Of a stretch of DNA of 64,000 bases, positions 49,294-58,843 are shown one piece after another (the first letter of the stretch is position 1; each line of letters starts with the position of its first letter). The stretch spans positions 532,094 to 596,093 of the forward strand of contig CACWNX010000001.1 of the NCBI GenBank assembly GCA_902762295.1. Direction: 5' to 3'. The stretch is from an uncultured Pseudomonadota bacterium. GTDB lineage: Bacteria; Pseudomonadota; Alphaproteobacteria; Rs-D84. Below the pieces are notes generated by a model. It was not told the DNA's origin. It saw only the letters and a list, made by a program, of their open reading frames with translations, and did not search any database. Position numbers and translations under genes: made by a program.

Positions 49294-49887
49294 ATGAATC
49301 AATATCATCAATTTTTAGATGCCTGGAATTCTGTATTGGGTATGACAACCCCAGCGCATCATTATCGTATGACAGATTTTTTGGTTGATGTTTTAGAAAG
49401 TGATGCACATCGTGGTCTGTTAATGGCATTCCGGCATTCGGGTAAATCAACAATTGTTGGAATATTTGCAACATGTGTATTATTCTTGCGGCCAGAAACG
49501 CGAATTTTAATACTGTCTGCCCAGGCACATCAGGCAACGCGTATGGTTATGCATATTCGTAATATCTTGGAAAATCATCCATGGTGTCGTGATATGATTC
49601 CAAAAAATCGTCGTGAATGGGCGGAAAACAAAATTACAATAAACCGACCAATTGGAATTCGCGAACCATCGGTTGTGTGTCAAGGAATATATGGTAATGT
49701 GACAGGCATGCGTGCAGATTTAATAATTTGCGATGATGTAGAGGTACCCAATACCTGTAATACTGGGCAAAAGCGAACCGCAATACGCGAAAGACTGCGA
49801 GAACTGGATTTTGTGCTCTCACCGAATGGTTCAATGGTTTATATCGGAACACCGCACACATTGGATACAATATACCGAACAAATTAA
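49294..49887 (+). CDS. Phage terminase large subunit, N-terminal ATPase fragment.
   Basis: Walker A AFRHSGKST, Walker B LIICDDVE, coupling motif YIGTP. The ORF ends at 49887 before any nuclease domain. Confidence 0.6.
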   Translation: MNQYHQFLDAWNSVLGMTTPAHHYRMTDFLVDVLESDAHRGLLMAFRHSGKSTIVGIFATCVLFLRPETRILILSAQAHQATRMVMHIRNILENHPWCRDMIPKNRREWAENKITINRPIGIREPSVVCQGIYGNVTGMRADLIICDDVEVPNTCNTGQKRTAIRERLRELDFVLSPNGSMVYIGTPHTLDTIYRTN

Positions 49888-50537
49888 ATGCTAGTACCGT
49901 TTTTTTGTATATTCAAAATGTCGTGCAGTTTATCCAAAATTTGATGTCCCGCTTCACCAAACATCGGCAGATATGTTTCATATTCCAACATATCAACCTG
50001 TAATTGCGCGCGTGCGCGGTCATTTATTGGATTTGATATGATATTATTTGCACTGTCCCATGCGCGATAGGCATTCCATGTCCGAACGACATCGTCAAAG
50101 CGTTCAAGTTCGGTCGGATTATTACCTAATGCGCTTTGGGTCAGTGCAATCCAATTTGTGCCGAATTTTTTGATAACAGGATTTTTCATAAAATTGTTCA
50201 GGCCATCTTGATTAGGGGTAAATACATTAACCGCCGCAATTAGCTGTTTGATATCTTCGGATGAAATATCTATATTCAGTGTTGCATCAACCATCATCCC
50301 GCCATACGGCAATAATTCACGCGCAATGGAATCCATTGGGGTTTCACCCGAACGCAGATTTTTAATGTGTTCAACCAGCATTTTACCCGTTGGTAAATTT
50401 ACCAGTTCGCGCATAACATCTTCGGTGGCTTCGTCCATGAAAACAGGATTCAACACCGCCCAGCCACCGTCTATAACATGCGCCTGGCGGTATAGATTTA
50501 ATAACTTTTGTGCGGTGACACTGGCCTTTGCTTTCAT
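49884..50537 (-). CDS. Hypothetical protein (217 aa) within the terminase-interrupting module.
   Basis: ORF from the track, antisense to the phage structural genes. Confidence 0.5.
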   Translation of the reverse strand: MKAKASVTAQKLLNLYRQAHVIDGGWAVLNPVFMDEATEDVMRELVNLPTGKMLVEHIKNLRSGETPMDSIARELLPYGGMMVDATLNIDISSEDIKQLIAAVNVFTPNQDGLNNFMKNPVIKKFGTNWIALTQSALGNNPTELERFDDVVRTWNAYRAWDSANNIISNPINDRARAQLQVDMLEYETYLPMFGEAGHQILDKLHDILNIQKNGTSI

Positions 50538-50567
50538 CTCGATTATCCCCTCCTTGGTCGGTTTAAT

Positions 50568-51578
50568 TTATTCTGTAATGACCATAATAACCCGATGCAT
50601 GGTTTGGTATGAGATTTTTTCCTCTGGTGCCATCATTTGCCCATACAGATTGCCTTTGGAATCACGACGCACAACGGCGATATTCGCGGTCGCCGCATCG
50701 TCAGGTTTTAACGTGTTAAAGTCGGCATCAATAAAGACCGCCAAATCGCCAACATTAACCGGTGACTTTATATCGGCAAAGACATAAGATTTCTCGGGAA
50801 TAACCCCGCCAAGCCTTTTAGAATTCGGCACAACCGCATATATACCGCGTCGTCCTTCAAGATTTGCGGGTGCAACAATCATATTTGTATCAGATTTCTT
50901 GAACGATATTGATTTGCCTTCGGGTTTACCGAATACCGGAACCAGTTTTTTGCGTGCGTTTTCATACAATTTTGCACCATACATGTGACCACGGGTATCG
51001 CCCAAATCGACCGGCGAATCACCCGGTATCAGAACTGCGGTGACCTTTTCTTTGACTTTGTTCATTTGTTTGGTCAATTCGCCCGATTTGTACAGTGTGG
51101 CGATTTTATCAAACATGCCTTCAACCGATTGTGCAAATGAACGCGCCAATGGCTCAATTTCATTTTTATACACTTCGCGTTGTCCGACCTCTATCTTGTG
51201 ATACACGGACAGTGTCATACCTGCGTCTTTTGCGGCCTGTGCAATGGTTTTGCCAGATTGCTGGCGGATTTTACGTAAACCGCTGCCGAATATTTTTAAG
51301 CCACTGTCCTCGTTGTCGGCCATACGGCGTTTAATTTCACTCTGCCATTTGGTGGCGACATCATCGGTATCTTTGATAAAAATATCGGATAATTTACAGC
51401 CCAATATGTTGCAGATATTTAATAACTGCTTTTGATTTAAACGGCGAACACCTTTCTCAATCTTAGATACCGCCGACAAAGACAAATTTGAACGACGCGC
51501 CAGTTCGGTCATTTTCATTCCTGCGGCCAGACGAATATTGCGAATGTTGTTTGGAAAGATGATTTCTTCTTGGGCCAT
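50568..51578 (-). CDS. Tandem-HTH (two XRE-type domains) regulator with a C-terminal domain; phage CI-like repressor candidate.
   Basis: AAGGAG RBS, start MAQEEIIF. HTH 1 IRNIRLAAGMKMTELARRSNLSLSAVSKIEKG. HTH 2 LRKIRQQSGKTIAQAAKDAGMTLSVYHKIEVG. Confidence 0.6.
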   Translation of the reverse strand: MAQEEIIFPNNIRNIRLAAGMKMTELARRSNLSLSAVSKIEKGVRRLNQKQLLNICNILGCKLSDIFIKDTDDVATKWQSEIKRRMADNEDSGLKIFGSGLRKIRQQSGKTIAQAAKDAGMTLSVYHKIEVGQREVYKNEIEPLARSFAQSVEGMFDKIATLYKSGELTKQMNKVKEKVTAVLIPGDSPVDLGDTRGHMYGAKLYENARKKLVPVFGKPEGKSISFKKSDTNMIVAPANLEGRRGIYAVVPNSKRLGGVIPEKSYVFADIKSPVNVGDLAVFIDADFNTLKPDDAATANIAVVRRDSKGNLYGQMMAPEEKISYQTMHRVIMVITE

Positions 51579-51680
51579 AGTAAACTCCTTAGTAAATCTT
51601 GACAAAATAATAGTCAAATTTATAAAACTTGGCAAGTAAAAAGTTAATACTGGTTGGTAAAAAACAGATACCACTAACCA

Positions 51681-53222
51681 CTAGTCTATATCGTCTGGAA
51701 TTGCGGATAAATCAATTGGGACGGCATCAGGTGCATCCGATGTCGGTTCCGGTGCATCATCAACAAATTGTGGCACACGATTCGCCATGTCGTCCAGATT
51801 ATCAAACAAACTGTATTCGGCCAAGAATGCAACATTTACTGTATCGGTTCGGCCATGACGGTTTTTACCAATAATGATATCGGCTTTGCCACGTGATTTT
51901 TCCAAGCGCTTTTCCCACGAATCTTTGGATTTATCACTTGGAGTATTAGAAAGCCGGAATGATGGATCACGATTCGTTAAATAATATTCTTCGCGATATG
52001 TGAACATCACAATGTCGGCATCTTGTTCAATAGACCCAGATTCACGCAAATCGGCCAACTGGGGGCGTTTGTCATCCCGGGATTCAACACTGCGTGATAA
52101 TTGAGACAATGCAACCACCGGAACATTAAATTCTTTGGCCAGCATTTTTAAACTGCGTGTAATTTCAGATAATTCTTGGACACGATTATCTTTGTTTTTT
52201 CCGCCCGGTGAAGTCAGCAATTGCAGATAATCAACCACAATCAGTGCAATACCGTTATACTTTCGTGCCAATCGCCGTACACGCGTGCGAATCATCGGTA
52301 CCGACATCCCCGGTGTATCATCAATGAATAACGGAATACGACTTATCGCATCAGAAAATTGAGTCATTTTTAGAAAGTCTTCATCGGTCAGCGAACCTTC
52401 ACGCATTGCAGATGCCGGAATTCGTGATTGAGATGATAATACACGTGCCGCCAATTCAGATGCACCCATTTCAAGGCTGAAAAACGCAACCGCACCCTTA
52501 TATTGGCTGTTTGCACGACCAGAAAAGATTGCGTTTGCGGCATTGAATGCAATGTTTAGTGCCAATGCGGTTTTACCCATACCTGGGCGGCCGGCGATAA
52601 TCAACAGATTTGATTTATGCATGCCACTAATTGCACGATCCAAATCGGTCAACCCCGTGGTAAGCCCCGACAGTTTTCCATCGGCCTTGTATGCGATTTC
52701 TGCCTCAATCAAGGCATCTTTTAACGCATTTGCAATTGGTGTGACATCGCGCCCGGTATCACCAACGGTTGCAAGGTTGAATAATTTTTGTTCGGCAACT
52801 TCTATCTGGGTGGAAACCGGATTATCCAGGTCTTCCACAAATGCGGCATCGGTAATTCCCTGACCCAGGTTGATAAGTTCGCGCCGCAACGCATTGTCAT
52901 GCACGATACGACCGTATTGTTCAACATTTACCACCGTCGCCCCGGCCCCAGCCAACTGAGTCAGATAATCAACACCACCAACCGATTCCAATGTTCCCTG
53001 TTGGTCAAGGTAATTTTTAATTGTAATGATGTCAAACGGGATACCCGCCGCAAAGTGGCGCATAGCCAATTTATAAATTTCTTGGTGCGCGGGATGCGAA
53101 AAATCTTCGGGTTTTAAGAATTCAGAAATTTTTTCCAATGCCCGATTGTTCATCAGAACCGCGGCCAACACGGCCTGTTCGGCTTCTAAATTCGTTGGTA
53201 AAGTTTTGGGAGTGAAGTCCAT
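51681..53222 (-). CDS. DnaB-family replicative DNA helicase (~505 aa from Met MDFTPKT).
   Basis: N-terminal LEAEQAVLAAVL, Walker A GRPGMGKTALALNIA, Walker B IVVDYLQLL. The track ORF extends 77 codons further upstream, likely beyond the real start. Confidence 0.8.
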   Translation of the reverse strand: MDFTPKTLPTNLEAEQAVLAAVLMNNRALEKISEFLKPEDFSHPAHQEIYKLAMRHFAAGIPFDIITIKNYLDQQGTLESVGGVDYLTQLAGAGATVVNVEQYGRIVHDNALRRELINLGQGITDAAFVEDLDNPVSTQIEVAEQKLFNLATVGDTGRDVTPIANALKDALIEAEIAYKADGKLSGLTTGLTDLDRAISGMHKSNLLIIAGRPGMGKTALALNIAFNAANAIFSGRANSQYKGAVAFFSLEMGASELAARVLSSQSRIPASAMREGSLTDEDFLKMTQFSDAISRIPLFIDDTPGMSVPMIRTRVRRLARKYNGIALIVVDYLQLLTSPGGKNKDNRVQELSEITRSLKMLAKEFNVPVVALSQLSRSVESRDDKRPQLADLRESGSIEQDADIVMFTYREEYYLTNRDPSFRLSNTPSDKSKDSWEKRLEKSRGKADIIIGKNRHGRTDTVNVAFLAEYSLFDNLDDMANRVPQFVDDAPEPTSDAPDAVPIDLSAIPDDID

Positions 53223-54069
53223 GTCAGATATAGTATATGAAAAAAATGTTTTTTCAACGCCTTTTTTATCGGGGTATATGGAATTAAAAATACCAATACT
53301 GGATTCAAACGGAAATTCCGCGTGGCCGGCGGTTTTCCCGCTTGAAAAGATAGAACAAATTCGCAAAACCGTTGGCGAACGGTACTTTTCGGCCCAGATG
53401 ATGCTGAAATTCGTTGCACCCGAACGGATTCGGTTGGACCCAGGCGGAATCAAATTCTATGACAATGAATATGATGTACGAAATTCACGAATCGGCGAAC
53501 ACTTTATCACCGGCGCGTGCGTATATTGGGATCCATCCGGCGGGCGACGTGGTGGCGACAACAGTGTGTGCGCAATGATATACCGCGATGACAATAATCA
53601 TTGCGTGTTTATTCACGATATAATGTATATCGTTGTTCCCGAAAATACGGATTATCCATTGGCATACCAATGCGATTCAGTGCTGTCATTTGTACGGCGA
53701 CATAAAATGCGTGTTTTGGCACTGGAAACAAACGGACTAGGAAATGCATTACCCGAGATAATGCGTACGACGATTGACCGTGCCGGATACAGTATTCAAA
53801 TTCGTCCGATTACAAATTCACGTCGCAAAGAAGACCGAATATTGGATGCAATAGAACCATTGCTGTCAACTGGTCGATTATATGCACACAAACGAATCAC
53901 CCAGACCCCGTTTATATCAGAAATGTTATCTTGGTCGCCAATGGGTGCCCCAGAACATGATGACGGATTAGATGCGGTGTCGGGCGCGATTACTGGAAAT
54001 CCGATTGCGTTGCATCCGATTGGTTCATCGCTGAACCGATATACCGCAAACACAGATTTCAAAATTTAA
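53221..54069 (+). CDS. Phage terminase large subunit, C-terminal nuclease fragment.
   Basis: GGAGTGAAG RBS with ATG at 53221 (MSDIVYEK). RNaseH-like nuclease patterns VYWDPSGGRRGGD and HDDGLDAVSGA. The track ORF begins at 53146, overlapping dnaB. Confidence 0.5.
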   Translation: MSDIVYEKNVFSTPFLSGYMELKIPILDSNGNSAWPAVFPLEKIEQIRKTVGERYFSAQMMLKFVAPERIRLDPGGIKFYDNEYDVRNSRIGEHFITGACVYWDPSGGRRGGDNSVCAMIYRDDNNHCVFIHDIMYIVVPENTDYPLAYQCDSVLSFVRRHKMRVLALETNGLGNALPEIMRTTIDRAGYSIQIRPITNSRRKEDRILDAIEPLLSTGRLYAHKRITQTPFISEMLSWSPMGAPEHDDGLDAVSGAITGNPIALHPIGSSLNRYTANTDFKI

Positions 54070-54093
54070 CAACATAACCAAAAAGGAATAAAT

Positions 54094-55320
54094 ATGAAAT
54101 ATGATTTACAACAAATGTATGTGCGCGCATTGGCACTGCGTGAACCATGGATTCGGCGTTGGACTGATGCACGCAGATATACAATGCCATCAACAGATTC
54201 AGACATGGCAACATTGTTTGATGCAACCGCATCTGATGCCGCGGATAACCTTGCAGCATGTATGTATTCATTACTGACACCGCCAGAATCGCTGTGGTTG
54301 ACCCTGGTTCCCGAAGGGCCCGATTCGCCCAATGCAGAAATCGCGACGGCGGCACTGCGCGCGAATCTGAACGAATCAAATTTTTATACAACCGTGCACC
54401 AGTGTTATATGGATTTGGTCACCCTTGGGACGGCGTGTTTGTTTATGTCGGAAAATCCGATTGGTGCCGCCAGTGCGTTTTCTTTTACCGCAATCCCAAT
54501 GCAAGACATCGCGATTTTGCCGAATGCAGTATTTCATACGGCGACAATGACAGCAGTGGATATTATACAAAAATATCCAGATTGGACACCGCCACGTGAA
54601 ATAATGGATAAAATGAAACAGAATCCCGAATACCAATTACGCATGGTTCAGTCGTTGGTTGATACAGAATTCACAGCATGGATAGATGTTGGTGGTGATA
54701 TTGAAAATAATATCGTTGCACACGGAACATTTGAAACGAACCCATATTTGATATTCCGGTGGGCGGTGGCCAGTGGTGAATTGTACGGTATGGGACCGGT
54801 GATTCGTGCATTACCCGATATTAAAACGGCAAACAAAGTCGTTGAATTGGTATTGAAAAACGCGACAATCGCGGTTAGTGGTATTTGGCAGGCCGATGAT
54901 GATGGTGTTATAAACCTTGGCAATATCAATTTAACACCGGGTGCAATTATTCCCAAGGCCGTGGGCAGCAGTGGTCTGACCCCGCTGACCAGTGGTGCGA
55001 ATTTTGATGTATCACAAATTGTATTAAAAGATTTGCGTGAACGGATTCGTCATACATTATTGGCAGATCGAATCGGGTTATTGTCAGACAAAGAAATGAC
55101 GGCAACTGAAATTCTGGCGCGCAACGCAGATATGTTGCGTATTTTGGGTGCAACATATGGGCGATTACTGCATGAATTTATTCGCCCGTTGTGTGATCGT
55201 GGACTTCAGATACTATCGCGGCGCGGCGTAATAGATAAAATATCATTACACAGTGATGCGGAATTAAAATACATTGCGCCAATTGCGAAAATGGTTGCCG
55301 ACAATGAAACACTGATTTAG
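54094..55320 (+). CDS. Phage portal (head-tail connector) protein, T7 gp8-like.
   Basis: LREPWIRRWTDARRYTMPSTDSD parallels the T7 gp8 N-terminus (RAPYETRAQNCAQYTIPSLFPKDSD). 408 aa. Confidence 0.5.
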   Translation: MKYDLQQMYVRALALREPWIRRWTDARRYTMPSTDSDMATLFDATASDAADNLAACMYSLLTPPESLWLTLVPEGPDSPNAEIATAALRANLNESNFYTTVHQCYMDLVTLGTACLFMSENPIGAASAFSFTAIPMQDIAILPNAVFHTATMTAVDIIQKYPDWTPPREIMDKMKQNPEYQLRMVQSLVDTEFTAWIDVGGDIENNIVAHGTFETNPYLIFRWAVASGELYGMGPVIRALPDIKTANKVVELVLKNATIAVSGIWQADDDGVINLGNINLTPGAIIPKAVGSSGLTPLTSGANFDVSQIVLKDLRERIRHTLLADRIGLLSDKEMTATEILARNADMLRILGATYGRLLHEFIRPLCDRGLQILSRRGVIDKISLHSDAELKYIAPIAKMVADNETLI

Positions 55321-55334
55321 CAAAGGGGGCGAGC

Positions 55335-55541
55335 ATGGAAAAAAATGAAATTGCCTATGCGCGAACATTTTTAACCCCATCGGGTCACGCAGTACTGGAA
55401 CATCTGCGTAAAATAACGATTGAACGCGTACTGGGACCAAATGCAACCGAATCAGAATTACGAACGGTTGAAGGTATGCGTGCATTGGTTCATCAAATTG
55501 AAAACATGGTTGAACGGGGGCGCGATAATGCAAAGATATAA
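55335..55541 (+). CDS. Hypothetical small phage protein (68 aa).
   Basis: ORF from the track. Confidence 0.35.
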   Translation: MEKNEIAYARTFLTPSGHAVLEHLRKITIERVLGPNATESELRTVEGMRALVHQIENMVERGRDNAKI

Positions 55542-55785
55542 CGGATTATCGGGTATTATTGACACATTGCGCAGTGGTTGGTTTCTAATTGCGTTTATCG
55601 CAGGACTGATTTACTGGGTTGCGCGTCAAGATAATGCACTTGTTGAATTGGACCGGTTGACGGTTCGTATGACGACATTGGAAAATCGCACAACGGTTCT
55701 TGAAAGTGGAATAGGGCAATTACAATTAAAAATAGATGCCATCAAGGAAGATTTAACACTGATAAAAACCGCGGTTATAAAGTAA
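55529..55785 (+). CDS. Small membrane/coiled-coil protein (85 aa), holin-like.
   Basis: TM WFLIAFIAGLIYWV followed by a coiled coil. Overlapping start. Terminator downstream. Confidence 0.35.
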
Positions 55786-55787
55786 AA

Positions 55788-55828
55788 AAATCCCACAGAA
55801 TTTTTTTCTGTGGGATTAGATTTTTTTT
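55788..55828 (+). terminator. Rho-independent terminator, end of the phage-like module.
   Basis: CCCACAG-N9-CTGTGGG hairpin plus T8. Confidence 0.65.
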
Positions 55829-55834
55829 ACTGGT

Positions 55835-55984
55835 TTAGCAACCACCGGTTGCACTGCCAATCCATTTAGAAATAGAAATATCTTTGTGCAGCAAGAAATG
55901 ATATTCGCAATTTCCAGATTTATATGCACCTGTGCAGGCGGCCAAAGTCAAAACAGCAAACAACGCTAAGATAACTTTTTTCAT
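55835..55984 (-). CDS. Small lipoprotein (49 aa).
   Basis: GGAGAACAA RBS. MKKVILALFAVLTLAACTG lipobox. Below the ORF-track cutoff. Confidence 0.45.
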   Translation of the reverse strand: MKKVILALFAVLTLAACTGAYKSGNCEYHFLLHKDISISKWIGSATGGC

Positions 55985-56067
55985 TTGTTCTCCTTTTAGT
56001 TTACACATTTGTGATTATATTCCGCATATTTTTGTTTTACAAGTTTTTTATTATAAAATGCGGATTA

Positions 56068-56424
56068 TTAAAATGCGTTTTTTATCCATTTGATATGAAA
56101 TCCGTGCACGATAATTACATCAAATCGTGAATCGCCGTGCCAATGTTTTTCAATTAAATATGTTTCCGCCGCCGCACGCAGTCGCCGAATCTGGGGTGTC
56201 GTAATTGCATCCCATGCGGCGTTTATGGTTTTACGGTGTTTAACCTCTATAAACACAATTAAATTTCTGCGTTGTGCGATAATATCAATTTCGGCGCGAT
56301 TTGTATAACGTCCGGTTATGTATCGCCGCCGCACAATCCGAAACCCATGCAGTATCAAATACGCGCATGCCAATATCTCTGAAAATATGCCGGTTTTATA
56401 CGAATCCATTTTACTAAAACGCAT
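56068..56424 (-). CDS. YraN-family (UPF0102) endonuclease-like protein.
   Basis: GEIDII...FIEVKHR pattern. 118 aa. Confidence 0.65.
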   Translation of the reverse strand: MRFSKMDSYKTGIFSEILACAYLILHGFRIVRRRYITGRYTNRAEIDIIAQRRNLIVFIEVKHRKTINAAWDAITTPQIRRLRAAAETYLIEKHWHGDSRFDVIIVHGFHIKWIKNAF

Positions 56425-57250
56425 ACGGTTTTACCGCAAAGTTTTCTTGGGATTGTTCAATATTCAAAGAACTGTCTTCGGCATTACGGCCACAGTCCGT
56501 CAATTCTAATTCACCATAATATGCCGTCATCATCGGGTCATATGCATTATCAGAACTTGCCCATTTATCAGAATCGGCATTCGGTGCGCCATATTTTTCA
56601 ATTACATTTTGCCACCATGACATGATTTTTTTATCGCGTTGATTTGCAAACTTTTCAGCATCGCCCTCTATTTCGTCGACATCGTTTTTATATACAATTT
56701 TCCATACGACATTATCGGTGGCGTTGCTGGTAAAATATACATCAATTGTTTCGCCTGTTGATGATCGAACCAGGTGCAATTCCGATGCGTACAATACACC
56801 ACGATTTCGTGCCAATGAATTTATACACTGATCCAATCGTTTCGGTATAACAATATTTTGTTGTCGGCATTCATAGTCCAAACTGTATTTCCAATCGGGA
56901 TGCATAGAATAAACAACCGCATCCTTTGGACGATTCGTATACAGACCATTTTCACGCACAACCATTTGAACTTCGTCAAAATTCATCCCCAACATAATCC
57001 CCAGAATATCAAAATTTCCGACCGCAACCGGCGATGCACCTGGATTTATTGCAACATTTGTCATATCGCAACCCAATTTCGTCATATCGTTATTTGTTTC
57101 AATAGTATAGTCATCAGATGTCTCAAACTCGGCATCACCAAAATCGTTGAAATCAAATTCATCCGCCACTGCAAATGGTGTCACCAGAAAAATCATACCA
57201 ACAAAAATCAACAAATGTTTCATTGAACTAATCCTTTTCAAACTGAACAT
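56414..57250 (-). CDS. Secreted protein (278 aa) with signal peptide; possible VirB9-like periplasmic component.
   Basis: Signal peptide MKHLLIFVGMIFLVTPFAVA. Acidic N-terminal region. No firm motif. Confidence 0.5.
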   Translation of the reverse strand: MFSLKRISSMKHLLIFVGMIFLVTPFAVADEFDFNDFGDAEFETSDDYTIETNNDMTKLGCDMTNVAINPGASPVAVGNFDILGIMLGMNFDEVQMVVRENGLYTNRPKDAVVYSMHPDWKYSLDYECRQQNIVIPKRLDQCINSLARNRGVLYASELHLVRSSTGETIDVYFTSNATDNVVWKIVYKNDVDEIEGDAEKFANQRDKKIMSWWQNVIEKYGAPNADSDKWASSDNAYDPMMTAYYGELELTDCGRNAEDSSLNIEQSQENFAVKPYAF

Positions 57251-57890
57251 CGTTTACCCGAAATACAAACCACAAGGCCGGATTTGCACCTATTTCTGAT
57301 GCATATTGAATATTTTCAATGGGTCTAATACCTTGCGAAATATCGCCCAGGCTAATATACATCCGCCCGCGCGTGATTTCGGGAACCTGGTCCATATCAT
57401 TTGGTTTATACCATGTTTTTAGTTCGTATTCAACCATGTAATAATCACTGTCGGGTGTGGGACGCACAATTTCATCAAAAACCGTTACAGTACGCATAAC
57501 ACCATTTTCGGCCATTTTATGAATTTTTTGCGCTTCGCCACTGACCCAGTCTTTAAACACATTTGAACGATGATCTGACATATAATATAAAATCGCTTTT
57601 ATATTTCCTGCCTGTTCGCGCATTGCAATATTTTCAACATCGGGTACAACATAGAAATATTCGTTCACAAATTTCTGAATCAACCAATCACGCAACCGTC
57701 GTTGACCAACTTCGTCAACACTGCGTGGAACATCTGATGCCGATACCCCTGTCAACGATGTGCGCAGAAAATATGGTTCAATGGTCATCTTGTCTGCATT
57801 GTCATATAATCCGGCCGCAACAAATACCATTGCAAAAACTGCAATCAGTGTCACAAGTCCGATAATATATCCCAATAATCGTTTCATCAT
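57228..57890 (-). CDS. Bitopic membrane protein (220 aa), VirB8/DotI-like topology.
   Basis: N-terminal TM LLGYIIGLVTLIAVFAMVFVAAG, then a periplasmic domain with a C-terminal NPALWFVFRV pattern. Confidence 0.5.
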   Translation of the reverse strand: MMKRLLGYIIGLVTLIAVFAMVFVAAGLYDNADKMTIEPYFLRTSLTGVSASDVPRSVDEVGQRRLRDWLIQKFVNEYFYVVPDVENIAMREQAGNIKAILYYMSDHRSNVFKDWVSGEAQKIHKMAENGVMRTVTVFDEIVRPTPDSDYYMVEYELKTWYKPNDMDQVPEITRGRMYISLGDISQGIRPIENIQYASEIGANPALWFVFRVNDVQFEKD

Positions 57891-58591
57891 TGTAACCTGT
57901 ATGAATTAAATCCAGTTATATAATACCCTAATGTTTGTGGATATCGTGCAGTATCTTTGTCGCGTGCAACCTTTACATATGCGATAATATTAAAATCCCC
58001 ATTCAGGTTTGAACGCACACGCGCCCGTACAACCCACGAACCACCGGATACGGTTGGCACACCATCTGGGTAAATTATCATTTTTGTTGGATCCATAAAC
58101 CATCGGTCACCAAATGATTCGCGCGCCCGATACAGCGGCACAACATTTGTCACAAAATTCTGGTACATGCCTTCGCCACTGATGCAATACAGGTCACACC
58201 CACCATCGTTCCAAAAAGTATTTGCAATTTCATGCCCGCATACATCGGCGCGATTACACTGTCCCCAGTGCAATTCATTTTGTTCGGAATTACCCGTAAT
58301 TGTAAACCACTTTTCTGTAAATATTCCAACCAAGGCGCGTTGCATAGAACTGAAATACGGGATATCGCGCTTGGTAATATCGCGCCCAATCAAATGCCAT
58401 TCACCGCGTGTCCCATTTACGTACACTATAAACGGATTTATACGCATGTTGCGTTGTAACCATGGTAACGCAATACAGCATGCAATAATTAAAAACATTG
58501 AAATCATTACCCAAATTGCCACCGTCCGCGACAATGCAATGCGCCGACCCGCAACAAATGCCGATGTATCAAAATCATCTGGGTATGCCAA
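57887..58591 (-). CDS. Bitopic membrane protein (234 aa), VirB8-like topology.
   Basis: Cytoplasmic N-terminus, TM VAIWVMISMFLIIACCIALPW, periplasmic ~180 aa. Confidence 0.5.
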   Translation of the reverse strand: MAYPDDFDTSAFVAGRRIALSRTVAIWVMISMFLIIACCIALPWLQRNMRINPFIVYVNGTRGEWHLIGRDITKRDIPYFSSMQRALVGIFTEKWFTITGNSEQNELHWGQCNRADVCGHEIANTFWNDGGCDLYCISGEGMYQNFVTNVVPLYRARESFGDRWFMDPTKMIIYPDGVPTVSGGSWVVRARVRSNLNGDFNIIAYVKVARDKDTARYPQTLGYYITGFNSYRLQ

Positions 58592-58843
58592 TACTCTCTC
58601 CTACTAACATTACGTAACCGCAGATTTATCCACGATATACCATGATGCATGCGCACGGACTAAGTTTTAATTCATTCGTGTCGTATCCGACACCGACCGG
58701 TTCACGGTCATAAATCTGACCACATGCCGCCAGTACCAGCCCAACCAATATTCCTGTGATAACACTCTTCATTTCTTTCCCCCTTTGGAATCATTTTGAT
58801 TATAAGAAAAATTTAATCGCCCGGTCAAGTGTAAATACGCACA

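Noticed and set aside
53146-53220. N-terminal extension of the terminase nuclease ORF (MFIRTAANTACSASKFVGKVLGVKS)
   Set aside because: It overlaps the DnaB N-terminal coding region on the opposite strand and has no RBS. The ATG at 53221 with GGAGTGAAG is the more plausible start, if the fragment is expressed at all.
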